Position numbers and translations under genes: made by a program. A stretch of DNA of 64,000 nucleotides from an uncultured Actinomycetota bacterium (GTDB taxonomy: Bacteria > Actinomycetota > UBA4738). A model generated the notes under the pieces. It worked only from the letters and a program-made list of their open reading frames with translations, made no database searches and was not told where the DNA came from. The DNA lies in NCBI GenBank assembly GCA_963781595.1, contig CAWAGG010000006.1:522201-586200 (forward strand), in the 5' to 3' direction. Below, one piece after another: positions 29,062 through 40,329 of this stretch. Each line of letters begins with the position of its first letter. Position 1 is the stretch's first letter.

Positions 29062-29492
29062 GCCGTGTCCGGCCTGAACGTGGGCACTATGATCTAGGGT
29101 GCCGTGCTGGCGTTCGGATCGCTCGATTGAGGAAGGAGTCCTGCAGCTCCTATCCGACTGATGGCCTTGGGTACTGCGGGTCAGGCACCGTCGGGATGGC
29201 TGCCGGTCGTCTAAGCCGCTCGTTCGCCGGCATCGGAACTCAACCCAGGCCACATCCGACGCCCTCGGAGCCGGTGCGCCTCGGCGGGCGGGCCCCCATC
29301 CCGTGCGGGCGTAGACCCGATGTTCTCCGCGGGGGAATCGTCTGGTCGCCTGGGTCGTGCTAGCGGCCAGCGCACCGGGAAGTCGTCTGGACCCGCTTTC
29401 GGGAACATCAGCGACTCCACCGAAGTGGGGGAACACCAGAGCCTCCACCATTCCCAGGGCGATTCACTGGGCAGGTCGTCGCGCGCGGCGTC

Positions 29493-30917
<1,425 letters not shown>

Positions 30918-30999
30918 CGCGTCAGCCAGCCTAGTCCGCTGATCGAGGTCCCGATCGGTCGACGACGGGCTCGGGTGCCCGTGTCCTGCTGGGAGCGAC

Positions 31000-33069
31000 C
31001 TACCAGGGCTCCGCGAGCCGCACGACCTCACGGAGGAAGGGGACCTCGTCGCCCTCATCGGGTTCGTCCATCCGTTCGGCGTAACGCCGGCCGTCCCACA
31101 CGGCCGCCGCGATCGTCCCGGGGACGAGCGCGTCGCCGACGGCTCGGACGGAAGTCAGGCCGGAGTCGGGCCACTCCTCCGCCCGCGACGTGAGGGCCGT
31201 GGCCAGCCGGTCCTCGGGCAGCCGCGCGGTGACCACGACCAGAGCGTCGCACCCGATCTTCGACTCCTCGTCGGTGTAGACGCACGCCGTGCGGGCGACG
31301 CCCGGCTCGGCGCCGACGAGCGCCCGCGATGTCGCGACCCTGACGCCCAGTTCCAGGACGCGACGTTGGATCCGTTCCTGTTCCATCGTGTTCGTCGTCC
31401 ACTCGGACACGCGCGCCGCGGGCGTCACGAACGTCACGGCGAACCCCTCGCGGGCGAGCAGTTCGGCCAGGACGCCCCCCATGTAGTAGTGGTCGTCGTC
31501 GAAGAGCACCACGCGCTCGCCGCCGGGACGCGCGCCGGCCATCAGGTCGTCCGGGGTCAGGACCTGGACGCCGTCGCCGAACGACAGGCCCTTGGGGTGC
31601 CAGCGCCCGCCGGCGTCAGCCCGCCATCGTGAGCCCGTCGCCACGGCCACATGGTCGAAGTCGTACGAGAGCACCTCGTCGACCGTCACCTCGCTCCCGA
31701 GGGCGATGTCGACGTTCGGCAGGCGTTCGATCTGGGACTGGCGGTAGTCCAGCACGCGGATCCACGCCGCGAGACCTGGGAGGCGTGCCTCCCGCGCGAC
31801 GCGGCCGCCGAGCGAATCCGTCGCGTCCGCCAGCATGACCTCGTAGCCGCGCTTCCCGAGCGCCTGGGCTGCCTCCAGCCCGGCCGGGCCGGCGCCGACC
31901 ACCAGGACCCTCGCGTCCGTGTCCCTCGGGCGGATCCGTTCCGGATGCCACCCGCGGCGCCACTCCTCGCCCATCGACGGGTTCTGCGTGCAGCGGATCG
32001 GCGTGATCGTGCCGTCGCCGGCCACACAGATGTTGCAGCCGATGCACTCGCGGATGTCCTCGTACCGGCCCTCCTCGATCTTCACCGGGAGGAACGGATC
32101 CGCGATCGACGGCCGGGCGGCGCCGATGAAGTCCAGGACGCCGCTTCGGATCATCCGCACCATCGTGTCCGCCGACGTGAAGCGACCGACGCCGACGACG
32201 GGCTTCGTGGTCAGGACCTTCAGCCCGCGCACGTATGCCTCCTGGGCGCCCTCCTCGCCGAACCGGGACGTGACCGAGTCGTCCTCCCAGGCTCCGGCGA
32301 CGAAGTCCCACAGGTCGGGCAGCTCGCCGACGAGCCCGAGGACCGCTTCGATGTCACCACGCCCGAGGCCTTCGTCGCCGGCCAGCTCGTCGACCATGAT
32401 CCGGCACGCGACCGCCGCCCTCCCGTCGACCTCCTCCACGGTGTCCTCCAGCACCTCCCGGAGGAGGCGGGCGCGGTTCGCGATGCTCCCGCCGTAGCCA
32501 TCCGTGCGCCCGTTCAGCCGAGGCGACAGGAACTGCCCGATCGTGTTCAGCCCGTGCGCGGCGTAGACGTAGACCAGGTCGAACCCCGCTTGGAGCGAAC
32601 GCCGGACGGCCGCGCGGTGCCGGCGCCGAAGGACCGCGATGTCGTCGAGCCCCATCTCGCGGACCTGGACCGGGTCGAACGTCTCGACCGGCAGGTTTCC
32701 CACGCTCACGCCGGCCTCGCGGCTGTAGAGGTTCGCGCTGGTCCGGCCGTTGTGGCACAGCTCGATCCCGGCGAGCGATCCGTGTTCGTGGATCTTTTCC
32801 GCCTGCCGGGCGAGGGCCGGGATGTCGGCGTCGTCCCACAGGCGGCCCTCGACGTACGGCGAGACCTCGGAGGACGGGTGGATCTCGACCTCCTCGGTGC
32901 AGACGACCGCCCAGCCGCCTTCGGCCTTGATGCCGCGCATCACCGCGAGCGCGGTTGGATCGCGGTGGCCCATCCCGTTGCAGTGCGGGACCTGGAAGAA
33001 GCGGTTGCGCGCCGTCGCCGGTCCGATCCGGACCGGTTCGAACAACACGTCGTGCCTGGGATCGCGCAT
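31000..33069 (-). CDS. Old-yellow-enzyme/TMADH-family NADH:flavin oxidoreductase with C-terminal FAD/NAD(P) domain (2,4-dienoyl-CoA reductase FadH-like)
   Basis: OYE TIM-barrel N-domain, 4Fe-4[13 protein letters not shown]...[11 protein letters not shown] dinucleotide fold. Confidence 0.85.
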   Translation of the reverse strand: MRDPRHDVLFEPVRIGPATARNRFFQVPHCNGMGHRDPTALAVMRGIKAEGGWAVVCTEEVEIHPSSEVSPYVEGRLWDDADIPALARQAEKIHEHGSLAGIELCHNGRTSANLYSREAGVSVGNLPVETFDPVQVREMGLDDIAVLRRRHRAAVRRSLQAGFDLVYVYAAHGLNTIGQFLSPRLNGRTDGYGGSIANRARLLREVLEDTVEEVDGRAAVACRIMVDELAGDEGLGRGDIEAVLGLVGELPDLWDFVAGAWEDDSVTSRFGEEGAQEAYVRGLKVLTTKPVVGVGRFTSADTMVRMIRSGVLDFIGAARPSIADPFLPVKIEEGRYEDIRECIGCNICVAGDGTITPIRCTQNPSMGEEWRRGWHPERIRPRDTDARVLVVGAGPAGLEAAQALGKRGYEVMLADATDSLGGRVAREARLPGLAAWIRVLDYRQSQIERLPNVDIALGSEVTVDEVLSYDFDHVAVATGSRWRADAGGRWHPKGLSFGDGVQVLTPDDLMAGARPGGERVVLFDDDHYYMGGVLAELLAREGFAVTFVTPAARVSEWTTNTMEQERIQRRVLELGVRVATSRALVGAEPGVARTACVYTDEESKIGCDALVVVTARLPEDRLATALTSRAEEWPDSGLTSVRAVGDALVPGTIAAAVWDGRRYAERMDEPDEGDEVPFLREVVRLAEPW

Positions 33070-33300
33070 ATCGCCTGTACCGATTCCTGAACGGCCGTTC
33101 AAAGCTGCCGGCGGGCATCATCCCACACGGGGCCGGAGGGTCGCCGCCCGGCCTTCGGCGCGGAGGCCGTTCGGCCCCGAGCGCTCGAACCTGGCCCTCG
33201 CTACGCTGGCTCGGCAGACCGAAGCGGGAGGATCCAGGCGACGGAGACGAACGACATCGCGAGTGCGGCCGTCGCGGAGGGGCGTCAGGACGGCAACCCC

Positions 33301-34230
33301 GTGCTGAACTGCCGCGACCTGCGGAAATCGTTCGACGACCTGGTCGCCGTCGACGGGGTGGGGTTCGACATCGCGCCGGGCGAGACCTATGGACTGCTCG
33401 GGCCGAACGGCGCCGGGAAGACGACGACGATCTCGATGGTCGCGGGGCTCCTGGAACGCGACCGGGGCGAGGTGATCGTCGACGGCCGGCCGCTCACCAC
33501 GACGAGCGTCCGGGCGAAAGGCGCGATCGGCTACGTGCCACAGGACCTGGCGATCTACCCGGACCTCTCCGGCGCGGAGAACCTGCGGTTCTTCGCCCGG
33601 CTCTACGGCATGTCGCCGGCCGACGCGCGTCGTCGCAGCGACGAGATCCTGGACGTGATCGGCCTGCGAGACCGGGGCGGCGACCGCACGAAGACGTACT
33701 CGGGCGGGATGAAGCGGCGGCTGAACATCGGGATCGGCCTGCTGCACCGGCCGAAGCTGTTGATCCTGGACGAGCCCACGGTCGGTGTCGATCCGCAGAG
33801 CCGCAACGCGATCCTGGAGAGCGTGGAGGGCCTCTCGGCGCAGGGGATGGCGGTCCTGTACACGACGCACTACATGGAGGAGGCCGAACGCCTCTGCGAC
33901 CGCGTCGGCATCATCGACCAGGGACAGCTGAAGGCCGAAGGCACGCGGCGCGAGCTGGTCGGCCTGGTGGGCGAACGCGACCGCGTGTCGCTGGACGCCG
34001 CCGGCGACCTGGAGGCCGCGGCCGCCGCGTGCCGAGCGCTCCCGGCCGTGCGGGACGCGAGCGCCGCCGACGGTTCGATCCAGCTGGTCGTGGACGACGC
34101 GCGGACGGCGCTGCCCGAGCTGCTCCAGGCCGTGACGTCGGCCGGCGTTCGGATCCGCAGCGTCGAGGTGACGGAGCCGAACCTCGAGGCCGTGTTCCTC
34201 CACCTGACCGGCAAGGCGCTCAGGGACTGA
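33301..34230 (+). CDS. ABC transporter ATP-binding protein
   Basis: Walker A GPNGAGKTT, YSGGMKRRL, ILDEPTVGVD. Confidence 0.85.
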   Translation: MLNCRDLRKSFDDLVAVDGVGFDIAPGETYGLLGPNGAGKTTTISMVAGLLERDRGEVIVDGRPLTTTSVRAKGAIGYVPQDLAIYPDLSGAENLRFFARLYGMSPADARRRSDEILDVIGLRDRGGDRTKTYSGGMKRRLNIGIGLLHRPKLLILDEPTVGVDPQSRNAILESVEGLSAQGMAVLYTTHYMEEAERLCDRVGIIDQGQLKAEGTRRELVGLVGERDRVSLDAAGDLEAAAAACRALPAVRDASAADGSIQLVVDDARTALPELLQAVTSAGVRIRSVEVTEPNLEAVFLHLTGKALRD

Positions 34231-34245
34231 AGGGCTGGCGGACGG

Positions 34246-35451
34246 ATGCGAGCGGCCCTGCTGATCGCGGCGAAGGACCTCCGGGAGCGGTTGCGCGACC
34301 GGTCCGCCCTGATGTTCGCGTTCGTCGTGCCGCTCGGGCTGGCGTTCATCTTCAGCAGGATCCTGGGCGGCGTCGCGAGCGGCCAGGACGTCTTCTCCTA
34401 CGGCGTCGTCGACCTGGACCACGGGTCGGCGTCGCACGCGTTCGTCGACGACGTGTTGGGCGGCGTGGCGCGCCAGGGTGTGATCGACGTCCGGACGATC
34501 GGCACGCAGGCGCGGGCGCGCGCGATGGCCGCGGACGGAACGGTCGACGCCGTGTTCGTGATCCCCGCGGGGTTCACGGCCGCGACACAGTCCGGGGACC
34601 GGCGGGCGTCGATCCTGGTGGTCGGCAACGTGGACGCGTCGATCGCGAGACAGGTGGCCCGCTCGATCGCGGAGGCATACACGGCGAACCTGAACGCCGT
34701 CCGTCTGTCGGTCGCGGCGGTGGTCGCCACGCTCCCATCAGGCCCCGCGGAGGGCGGGCCGGGCGCAGCGCTGCTCGCGGGGCTCGCGCACAAGGCGGCC
34801 GCGATGAGCGAACCCGTGACGCTCCGCGACATCACGGCCGCGACGAAACAGCTCGACGCGACCACCTACCTGGCCGCGGGGATGGCGGTGTTCTTCCTGT
34901 TCTTCACGGTGCAGTTCGGCGTCTCGAGCCTGCTGGAGGAACGCAACGACGGGACCCTCGTCCGGCTGCTCGCGGCGCCGATCCCACGGGCGTCGATCCT
35001 GGCCGGGAAGATGCTCACGAGCTTCGTGCTCGGCTGCATCTCGATGTCGGTGCTGGCGATCGCCTCGACGCTGCTGTTCGGCGCGGACTGGGGGAACGTC
35101 GCCGGCGTCGGGGTCCTGATCGTGTGCGGCGTGCTCGCCGCGATGGGGATCATGGCCTTGGTCGCGACCATGGCGAAGACCGCCGAGCAGGCCGGGAACT
35201 GGCAGGCGATCATCGCGGTGATCCTCGGCCTCTTGGGCGGGACCTTCTTCGCGATCTCGCAGGCGCCGCCGTTCCTCGCGAAGCTCAGCCTCATCACGCC
35301 GCAGGCGTGGTTCATGCGTGGGCTCGGCGACCTCCACGGCGGCGGCCTCTCGACAGTGGTCGTGCCGGCGCTGGCGATGCTCGCGTTCGCGGCGGTGACG
35401 GGCGGGATCGCGGTGTCCAGGCTGGACCGGATCACGAGGCTGTCGCGATGA
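34246..35451 (+). CDS. ABC-2 family transporter permease (first of two)
   Basis: N-term TM, large periplasmic loop, 5 C-terminal TM; follows ATPase. Confidence 0.75.
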   Translation: MRAALLIAAKDLRERLRDRSALMFAFVVPLGLAFIFSRILGGVASGQDVFSYGVVDLDHGSASHAFVDDVLGGVARQGVIDVRTIGTQARARAMAADGTVDAVFVIPAGFTAATQSGDRRASILVVGNVDASIARQVARSIAEAYTANLNAVRLSVAAVVATLPSGPAEGGPGAALLAGLAHKAAAMSEPVTLRDITAATKQLDATTYLAAGMAVFFLFFTVQFGVSSLLEERNDGTLVRLLAAPIPRASILAGKMLTSFVLGCISMSVLAIASTLLFGADWGNVAGVGVLIVCGVLAAMGIMALVATMAKTAEQAGNWQAIIAVILGLLGGTFFAISQAPPFLAKLSLITPQAWFMRGLGDLHGGGLSTVVVPALAMLAFAAVTGGIAVSRLDRITRLSR

Positions 35452-36623
35452 AGGCGCTCGCGATCGCCGGGATGAACCTCCGACGCCAGTTCCGCGAGCC
35501 GGCGAACATCTTCTTCGTGTTCGTCTTCCCGCTGCTCCTGATCCTGATCCTGGGGGCGGCGTTCGGGGCCGGCGCGTCGCCGAAGCTCGGCGTCGTGGCG
35601 GTGCGGGTCGGGCCGCTCGGGACGCAGCTGGTCGGCGCGCTCGACGCGACGGCGGACCTGGACGTCGTGCGGTTCGATGAACGCGACGCGCTGCTCACGG
35701 CCGTGGAGCGCGGGACGGTACAGGCCGGCATCGTGGTGCCGGCCGGGTACGACGCGTCGCTGCGGGCCGGGCGCGCCGTGACGGTCGCGTACGTGTCGTC
35801 GCCGAACGATCTGGCGAAGCAGCTGTCCCAGACGGTCGACTCGTCGATCGCGCGGCAGAACGCCGTGGTCCGCGCGGCGCGGTTCGCGCAGGCGAACGGG
35901 ATCGCGCCCGGGGCCGGCCTGTCGACCGAGGCGGCGATCGCGCTGGCCGAACGGCTCCAGCGAGCGGTCCCCGCGATCCAGGTCCGCGCGGTCATCGCCG
36001 GAACGTCGGCGTTCCCCGCGACGAGCGGGCGGTTCGACCTGACCGCCAGCACGGAGCTGCTGCTGTTCGTGTTCCTGACCTCGTTGACGGGTGCCGTCGC
36101 ACTGATCGAGACGCGGCGCCTCGGGGTCTCGCGCCGGATGCTGTCCACGCCGACGCCGGTGAGCACGATCCTCGGCGGCGAGACGCTCGGGCGGTTCGGC
36201 GTCGCGATGGTGCAGGGGCTGTTCATCATGCTGGGCTCGGCGCTGTTGTTCGGCGTGAACTGGGGTCAGCCGCTGGGCGCGGCGGCGATCCTGATCTCCT
36301 TCTCGCTGGTCGGGGCCGGCGCGGGCATGCTGCTGGGGTCGATCGCGCGCTCGGAGCAGCAGGCGATCCCGTTCGGCCTGTTGCTGGGGATCGGGCTCGG
36401 CGCGCTCGGCGGCTGCATGGTCCCGCTGCAGATCTTCACGCCGGGGATGCGCCGCATCGCGCACGTGACGCCGCAAGCATGGGCGAACGACGCCTTCTCG
36501 GCCCTGCTGGCGCACGGCGGCTCGATCGTGACGGTCGCGCGGTACGTCGCGATCCTGCTCGCGTACGCGGCGGTGCTCCTGGCGGTCGCGACGTGGCGCC
36601 TGCGCCGCACGCTCACGGCCTGA
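35448..36623 (+). CDS. ABC-2 family transporter permease (second)
   Basis: ATGA overlap with preceding permease; same architecture. Confidence 0.75.
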   Translation: MKALAIAGMNLRRQFREPANIFFVFVFPLLLILILGAAFGAGASPKLGVVAVRVGPLGTQLVGALDATADLDVVRFDERDALLTAVERGTVQAGIVVPAGYDASLRAGRAVTVAYVSSPNDLAKQLSQTVDSSIARQNAVVRAARFAQANGIAPGAGLSTEAAIALAERLQRAVPAIQVRAVIAGTSAFPATSGRFDLTASTELLLFVFLTSLTGAVALIETRRLGVSRRMLSTPTPVSTILGGETLGRFGVAMVQGLFIMLGSALLFGVNWGQPLGAAAILISFSLVGAGAGMLLGSIARSEQQAIPFGLLLGIGLGALGGCMVPLQIFTPGMRRIAHVTPQAWANDAFSALLAHGGSIVTVARYVAILLAYAAVLLAVATWRLRRTLTA

Positions 36624-36651
36624 CGATGCCTCATCCGCCGTCGGGGGCCGT

Positions 36652-38028
36652 TCAGCGCGGGCCCAGGCGGCGCGGGAGCCGTCCGGCCACCGGGAACAGC
36701 GCGAAGCCCGCGACCGCGGCCAGCGCGAACGCGCCGCTGAGCCCCGCCGCCAGCGACACGCCGGCCGCCGCCGCCAGGGCCACGGCCGACCCGCCGAGCC
36801 CCGGACCGAGCGACGCCCCGAACGTGTCGGAGAGCGCGGCCGAGGCGACCACCGAGGTCTGGCGGCCCGGTTCGGCCTGATCCATCGCCACGAGCGGGAT
36901 CGTCGGGAAGCCGATCCCCATCCCGACCCCGCCGATCGTCCACGCGACGTAGGCGACGGCGAGCGGCACGCTCGGGTTCAGGGTCGCCCAGACGCCCGCG
37001 ACGCCGACCAGGATCAGGACGCCGGCCAGCGAGATCAGCCAGCCGGGCGAACGGCCCGCGATCGCGCGCGCCTGCCACCACGTCCCGGCCGTCCACGCGA
37101 TCGCCGAGAGCGTCACGACCACGCCGGCGACCGCGACGCTCTGCCCGCGAACCCGTTGCAAGAGCAGCGGGACGAACCCGTCGACGCCGAAGTAGACGAA
37201 GCTCAGCAGGAACGCGGCCGCCACCGCCGCCGGGAGCCCCCGGCGCGCGGTGAGCGAGCCGGCGGGGAGGATCCGGCGCAGCGTCGGGATCAGGATCGCG
37301 ATCCCGGCGGCGGCCAGCGGGATGGTCCACCACTCGAGGTCCGTCAGCGCGAACAGGAGCGCGCCCGCCCCGACCGCCAGCAGCACGATCCAGACGATGC
37401 CGACGCTCGGTTCGGATGAACGCGTCGGCCGCGTTCCGCGCAGCTCGGGCAGCACCAGGACGGCGGCGACCAGCACGAACGGCAACGAGACGAGGAACGC
37501 GTAGCGCCAGCCGACGGTGCTCGCGAACAGCGCGCCGAGCGGCGGCCCGATCACGCCCGGCACCACCCACGCCGCGGTGAGCAACGCGATGATCCGTGGC
37601 CGGAACGCGTCCGGGTACGTCTGCGCCACGGCCCCCAGCGACACCGCGTACTGGGCGCCCAGGCCCCAGCCCTGCAGGAACCGGCCGAGGATCAGCATCG
37701 GCATGTCCTGGGCGGTCGACGCGACCAGGGTTCCGGCGACGAAGATCACCAGCACCATCGACAGGGCAACCGCCGGGCCCCTCCGGTCGGCGAGCCGGCC
37801 CGTCGCGGGCAGGGCCACCATCGCGGCGAGCGGCGAGGCCGAGAGGGCCCATCCGTAGAGGTGCAGGCCGCCGAGGTCCCGGACGACGACCGGTAGCACC
37901 GTGATCACGATGAGCAGCTGGATCGCGGTGACGGTCTCGAGGACGACCAGGCCGACGGTGAGGCGGCCGTGGTGCCGCAGGACCTCGCGCCAGCCCGGCG
38001 CGATCGCCGGCTCGCCCGGCTCGCCCAT
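36652..38028 (-). CDS. MFS transporter
   Basis: 12-14 TM; GRLADRRG loop motif. Confidence 0.75.
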   Translation of the reverse strand: MGEPGEPAIAPGWREVLRHHGRLTVGLVVLETVTAIQLLIVITVLPVVVRDLGGLHLYGWALSASPLAAMVALPATGRLADRRGPAVALSMVLVIFVAGTLVASTAQDMPMLILGRFLQGWGLGAQYAVSLGAVAQTYPDAFRPRIIALLTAAWVVPGVIGPPLGALFASTVGWRYAFLVSLPFVLVAAVLVLPELRGTRPTRSSEPSVGIVWIVLLAVGAGALLFALTDLEWWTIPLAAAGIAILIPTLRRILPAGSLTARRGLPAAVAAAFLLSFVYFGVDGFVPLLLQRVRGQSVAVAGVVVTLSAIAWTAGTWWQARAIAGRSPGWLISLAGVLILVGVAGVWATLNPSVPLAVAYVAWTIGGVGMGIGFPTIPLVAMDQAEPGRQTSVVASAALSDTFGASLGPGLGGSAVALAAAAGVSLAAGLSGAFALAAVAGFALFPVAGRLPRRLGPR

Positions 38029-38057
38029 CGGTTCGACGCCCCCCTGGACCGGTTCGC

Positions 38058-39386
38058 TCACCCCGACAGCGCCGCCCTCGCCGCGCCCCGTCCGGTTCGG
38101 ACCGCGCCTTCCATGTAGCCCGCAACCCACTGGTCCGAACCGCAGACGTAGAACGGAGGCTCGTGCGTCCCGTGGAGCGGCCCGACCGCCATCACGTCGC
38201 CCGGATGCCAGCCGGTGATGTAGCCCTGCGTGAACGGGTCGAGCCCCCAGGTGCGTTCGAGGTACGCGTCCGGCTCGGGCACGTCGTCCGGCCCGAACAG
38301 CCGGGCGAGCTCGGCCAGCATCTCGGGGCGCCGGGTCGCCGGGTCCGTCGCGTGGAACGCGGCGAGCCGCTCCGGAGGAACGAGCGTCGACAGCACGCCG
38401 TCGTCGCGCTGCGGCCAGATCCCGCCGAGCACGTCCTCGGACGAGGCGAACCCGTTCCGGCCCCGTTCGAGCCAGAACGACGACGGGTACGCGACGACCA
38501 CCTTCGCCGCCAGGGCGTGCCGCTGCCGTCGCAGCGACGCGAGCCTGGCGTCCGACACGCCGTCGATCGCGACATCACGCAGCGGGCCGACGGGCAGCGC
38601 GCTCACGACGGCCTCGGCGCGCAGGCGTTCGCCGCTCGCGAGCGTGACCGCGCAGCCTGACGCCGCGACCTGGATCGCCGTGACGGCGCAGCCGAACCGG
38701 ATCCGGTCGCCCAGCTCAGCCGCGATCCTGAGGGCCACCGTGGCCGACCCCTCGGCCACGCGCAGCGTCTCCCACGAGAACTCGCTGTAGAAGCCCTCCG
38801 CGCCGGAGACCGCCATCTTGCGCGCCTCGGACAGCAGCGACGTTCGCCAGATCGAATCGCAGGCCAGCGCGAGATGCCCGATCTCCCTCGCGCGCAGGAC
38901 CTCCGGCGGGCACCCCTGTTCGAGCATCCACCCGCCGAACGACAGCCGGTCCAGGCGGTCGGCGTCCGGGTGCGACCAGGGATCGTCCGGTTCGACCGTC
39001 CGCGTGAGCTCGCGGAACGCCTCTTCGCACCGGTGGGAGGCGTCCAGGTCGGCCGGCGACAGCCACGGTGGCTCTTCGCCGACGAACACCCCCTCCTGCA
39101 GGTCCCAGGTGGACTCGCCCGGGAGGGCGGCGTACGAGGGTTCGATCGTGAGGCCGAGCTCCGCCGCCAGCTCGAGGTACGCGGTCTGGAACTCGGCGAC
39201 GACCTCGCCGCCCAACTGGAGGGTCCGCCCGTCGGGGAGCGTCGTCTGTTCGACCCTGCCGCCGGGCCGGTCGCGCGCCTCCAGCACCGTCACGTCGGCG
39301 CCGCCGCGCATCAGGTCACGGGCGCACGAGAGCCCCGCGAGCCCCGCGCCCAGAACCAGGACGTCGACCACGCAGCCTCCAACCAT
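38058..39386 (-). CDS. Flavin-containing amine oxidase (monoamine/putrescine oxidase-like)
   Basis: DVLVLGAGLAGLSCAR...VLEARDRPGGRV FAD fold; amine oxidase C-terminal region. Confidence 0.8.
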   Translation of the reverse strand: MVGGCVVDVLVLGAGLAGLSCARDLMRGGADVTVLEARDRPGGRVEQTTLPDGRTLQLGGEVVAEFQTAYLELAAELGLTIEPSYAALPGESTWDLQEGVFVGEEPPWLSPADLDASHRCEEAFRELTRTVEPDDPWSHPDADRLDRLSFGGWMLEQGCPPEVLRAREIGHLALACDSIWRTSLLSEARKMAVSGAEGFYSEFSWETLRVAEGSATVALRIAAELGDRIRFGCAVTAIQVAASGCAVTLASGERLRAEAVVSALPVGPLRDVAIDGVSDARLASLRRQRHALAAKVVVAYPSSFWLERGRNGFASSEDVLGGIWPQRDDGVLSTLVPPERLAAFHATDPATRRPEMLAELARLFGPDDVPEPDAYLERTWGLDPFTQGYITGWHPGDVMAVGPLHGTHEPPFYVCGSDQWVAGYMEGAVRTGRGAARAALSG

Positions 39387-39437
39387 CGAACCGACCGATC
39401 GGCCGGACGATGGTCCCACAGGCGGGGCGAGGCCTGC

Positions 39438-39731
39438 CTACCGGAGCCGGTCCATCTCCTGACGGATCCGGTCCTCCGAGTAGTCCTGGCGCCGGTAGAC
39501 GTCCCACGCGTTGAACGCGACACCGATCCCCCAGCCCATGATCGGGAAGATCGGCCAGAAGAAGCCCTGGCCACTGACCGCCCAGATCGCGACCAGGAAG
39601 GCGTTCACCAGGACGTACGCGAGCAGGTGGGCGTGGAAGTCGGTCCGCTTGCGCAGCCGCGTGATCGCCTGCTGGCGGAGCCGCTCCTCGTGGTCGGTCA
39701 CGGCGTCGGAGCGCTCGTCGATCATGTCCAT
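39438..39731 (-). CDS. 2TM-domain small membrane protein
   Basis: HEERLRQQAITRLRKRTDFHAHLLAYVLVNAFLVAIW...GWGIGVAFNAWDVY pattern. Confidence 0.5.
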   Translation of the reverse strand: MDMIDERSDAVTDHEERLRQQAITRLRKRTDFHAHLLAYVLVNAFLVAIWAVSGQGFFWPIFPIMGWGIGVAFNAWDVYRRQDYSEDRIRQEMDRLR

Positions 39732-40329
39732 CACCTCCGGGATCGAGCGTGACACCACGTCCGACGCCGTGACGGAGCCGGGCGGCCCGGCGGCGGTGGG
39801 ACGAACGGCCTCGCGGCCATGGACCGCGCAGACGCACGATGGTGGCGCGAACGATCGCTCGAGACGAGGAGGTGCGGCGATGGCGACCGCGGCACGAACG
39901 ATGAACGGGAAGGGAACCACGACGAGGGCACGGCGGGCGGCCGCTCCAGGGCGGACGCCACGGCCCGTCGCGCACGAGGAAGAGGAGGAGCGGGCGTCCG
40001 GGGTGAAGACGGTCATCAACATGACCGAGATCACCCTGAACATCGGGCTGCCCTTCGTCGTCCGGGGATCCCTGGTGACCGCGAGGCGCGGGGCCCGGCG
40101 TGCGCTCCGGATGTTCCTGGAACAGCCCGCCGAACACGCGGCCTGATCGCGTCGAGCCCTGTCTCGGCGGATGCGGCCGCAGCCGCGGAGCGTCGCCACG
40201 AGTTCTCAACCCAGGCGGTTTGACGCCCGATGGCGTCATGGGTAGCGTCGGCGAGCCGGGTCCGACAAGGCAGACTGGAGGCCGCGACGGGTGTCGCGGC
40301 CTTCCGTGTCTACGAACAGGGAGTAGCAG

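Larger units (their letters stand above)
27165..29490. other. Lower-GC (about 55-60%) islet between TPR gene and fumC: RHS remnant, small orphan ORFs, about 430 bp non-coding
   Basis: Abrupt composition change (AT-rich codons, TAA/TAG stops) relative to about 70% GC flanks. Confidence 0.6.

Noticed and set aside
29100-29480. tmRNA or SRP RNA (4.5S) gene
   Set aside because: Only partial resemblance (CUCCACCA; GUCAGG...GCUGCC); the tmRNA 5' GGGG-acceptor/T-arm is missing and the SRP GGAAGGAAGCAGCC consensus is incomplete, so it is kept only as a low-interest note
32955-35447. 1222-aa ORF 32955..36623 spanning the OYE gene, the ABC ATPase and the first permease
   Set aside because: Runs antisense or out of frame through three separately supported genes; only its terminal segment (35448..36623, second permease starting at ATGA) is a genuine CDS
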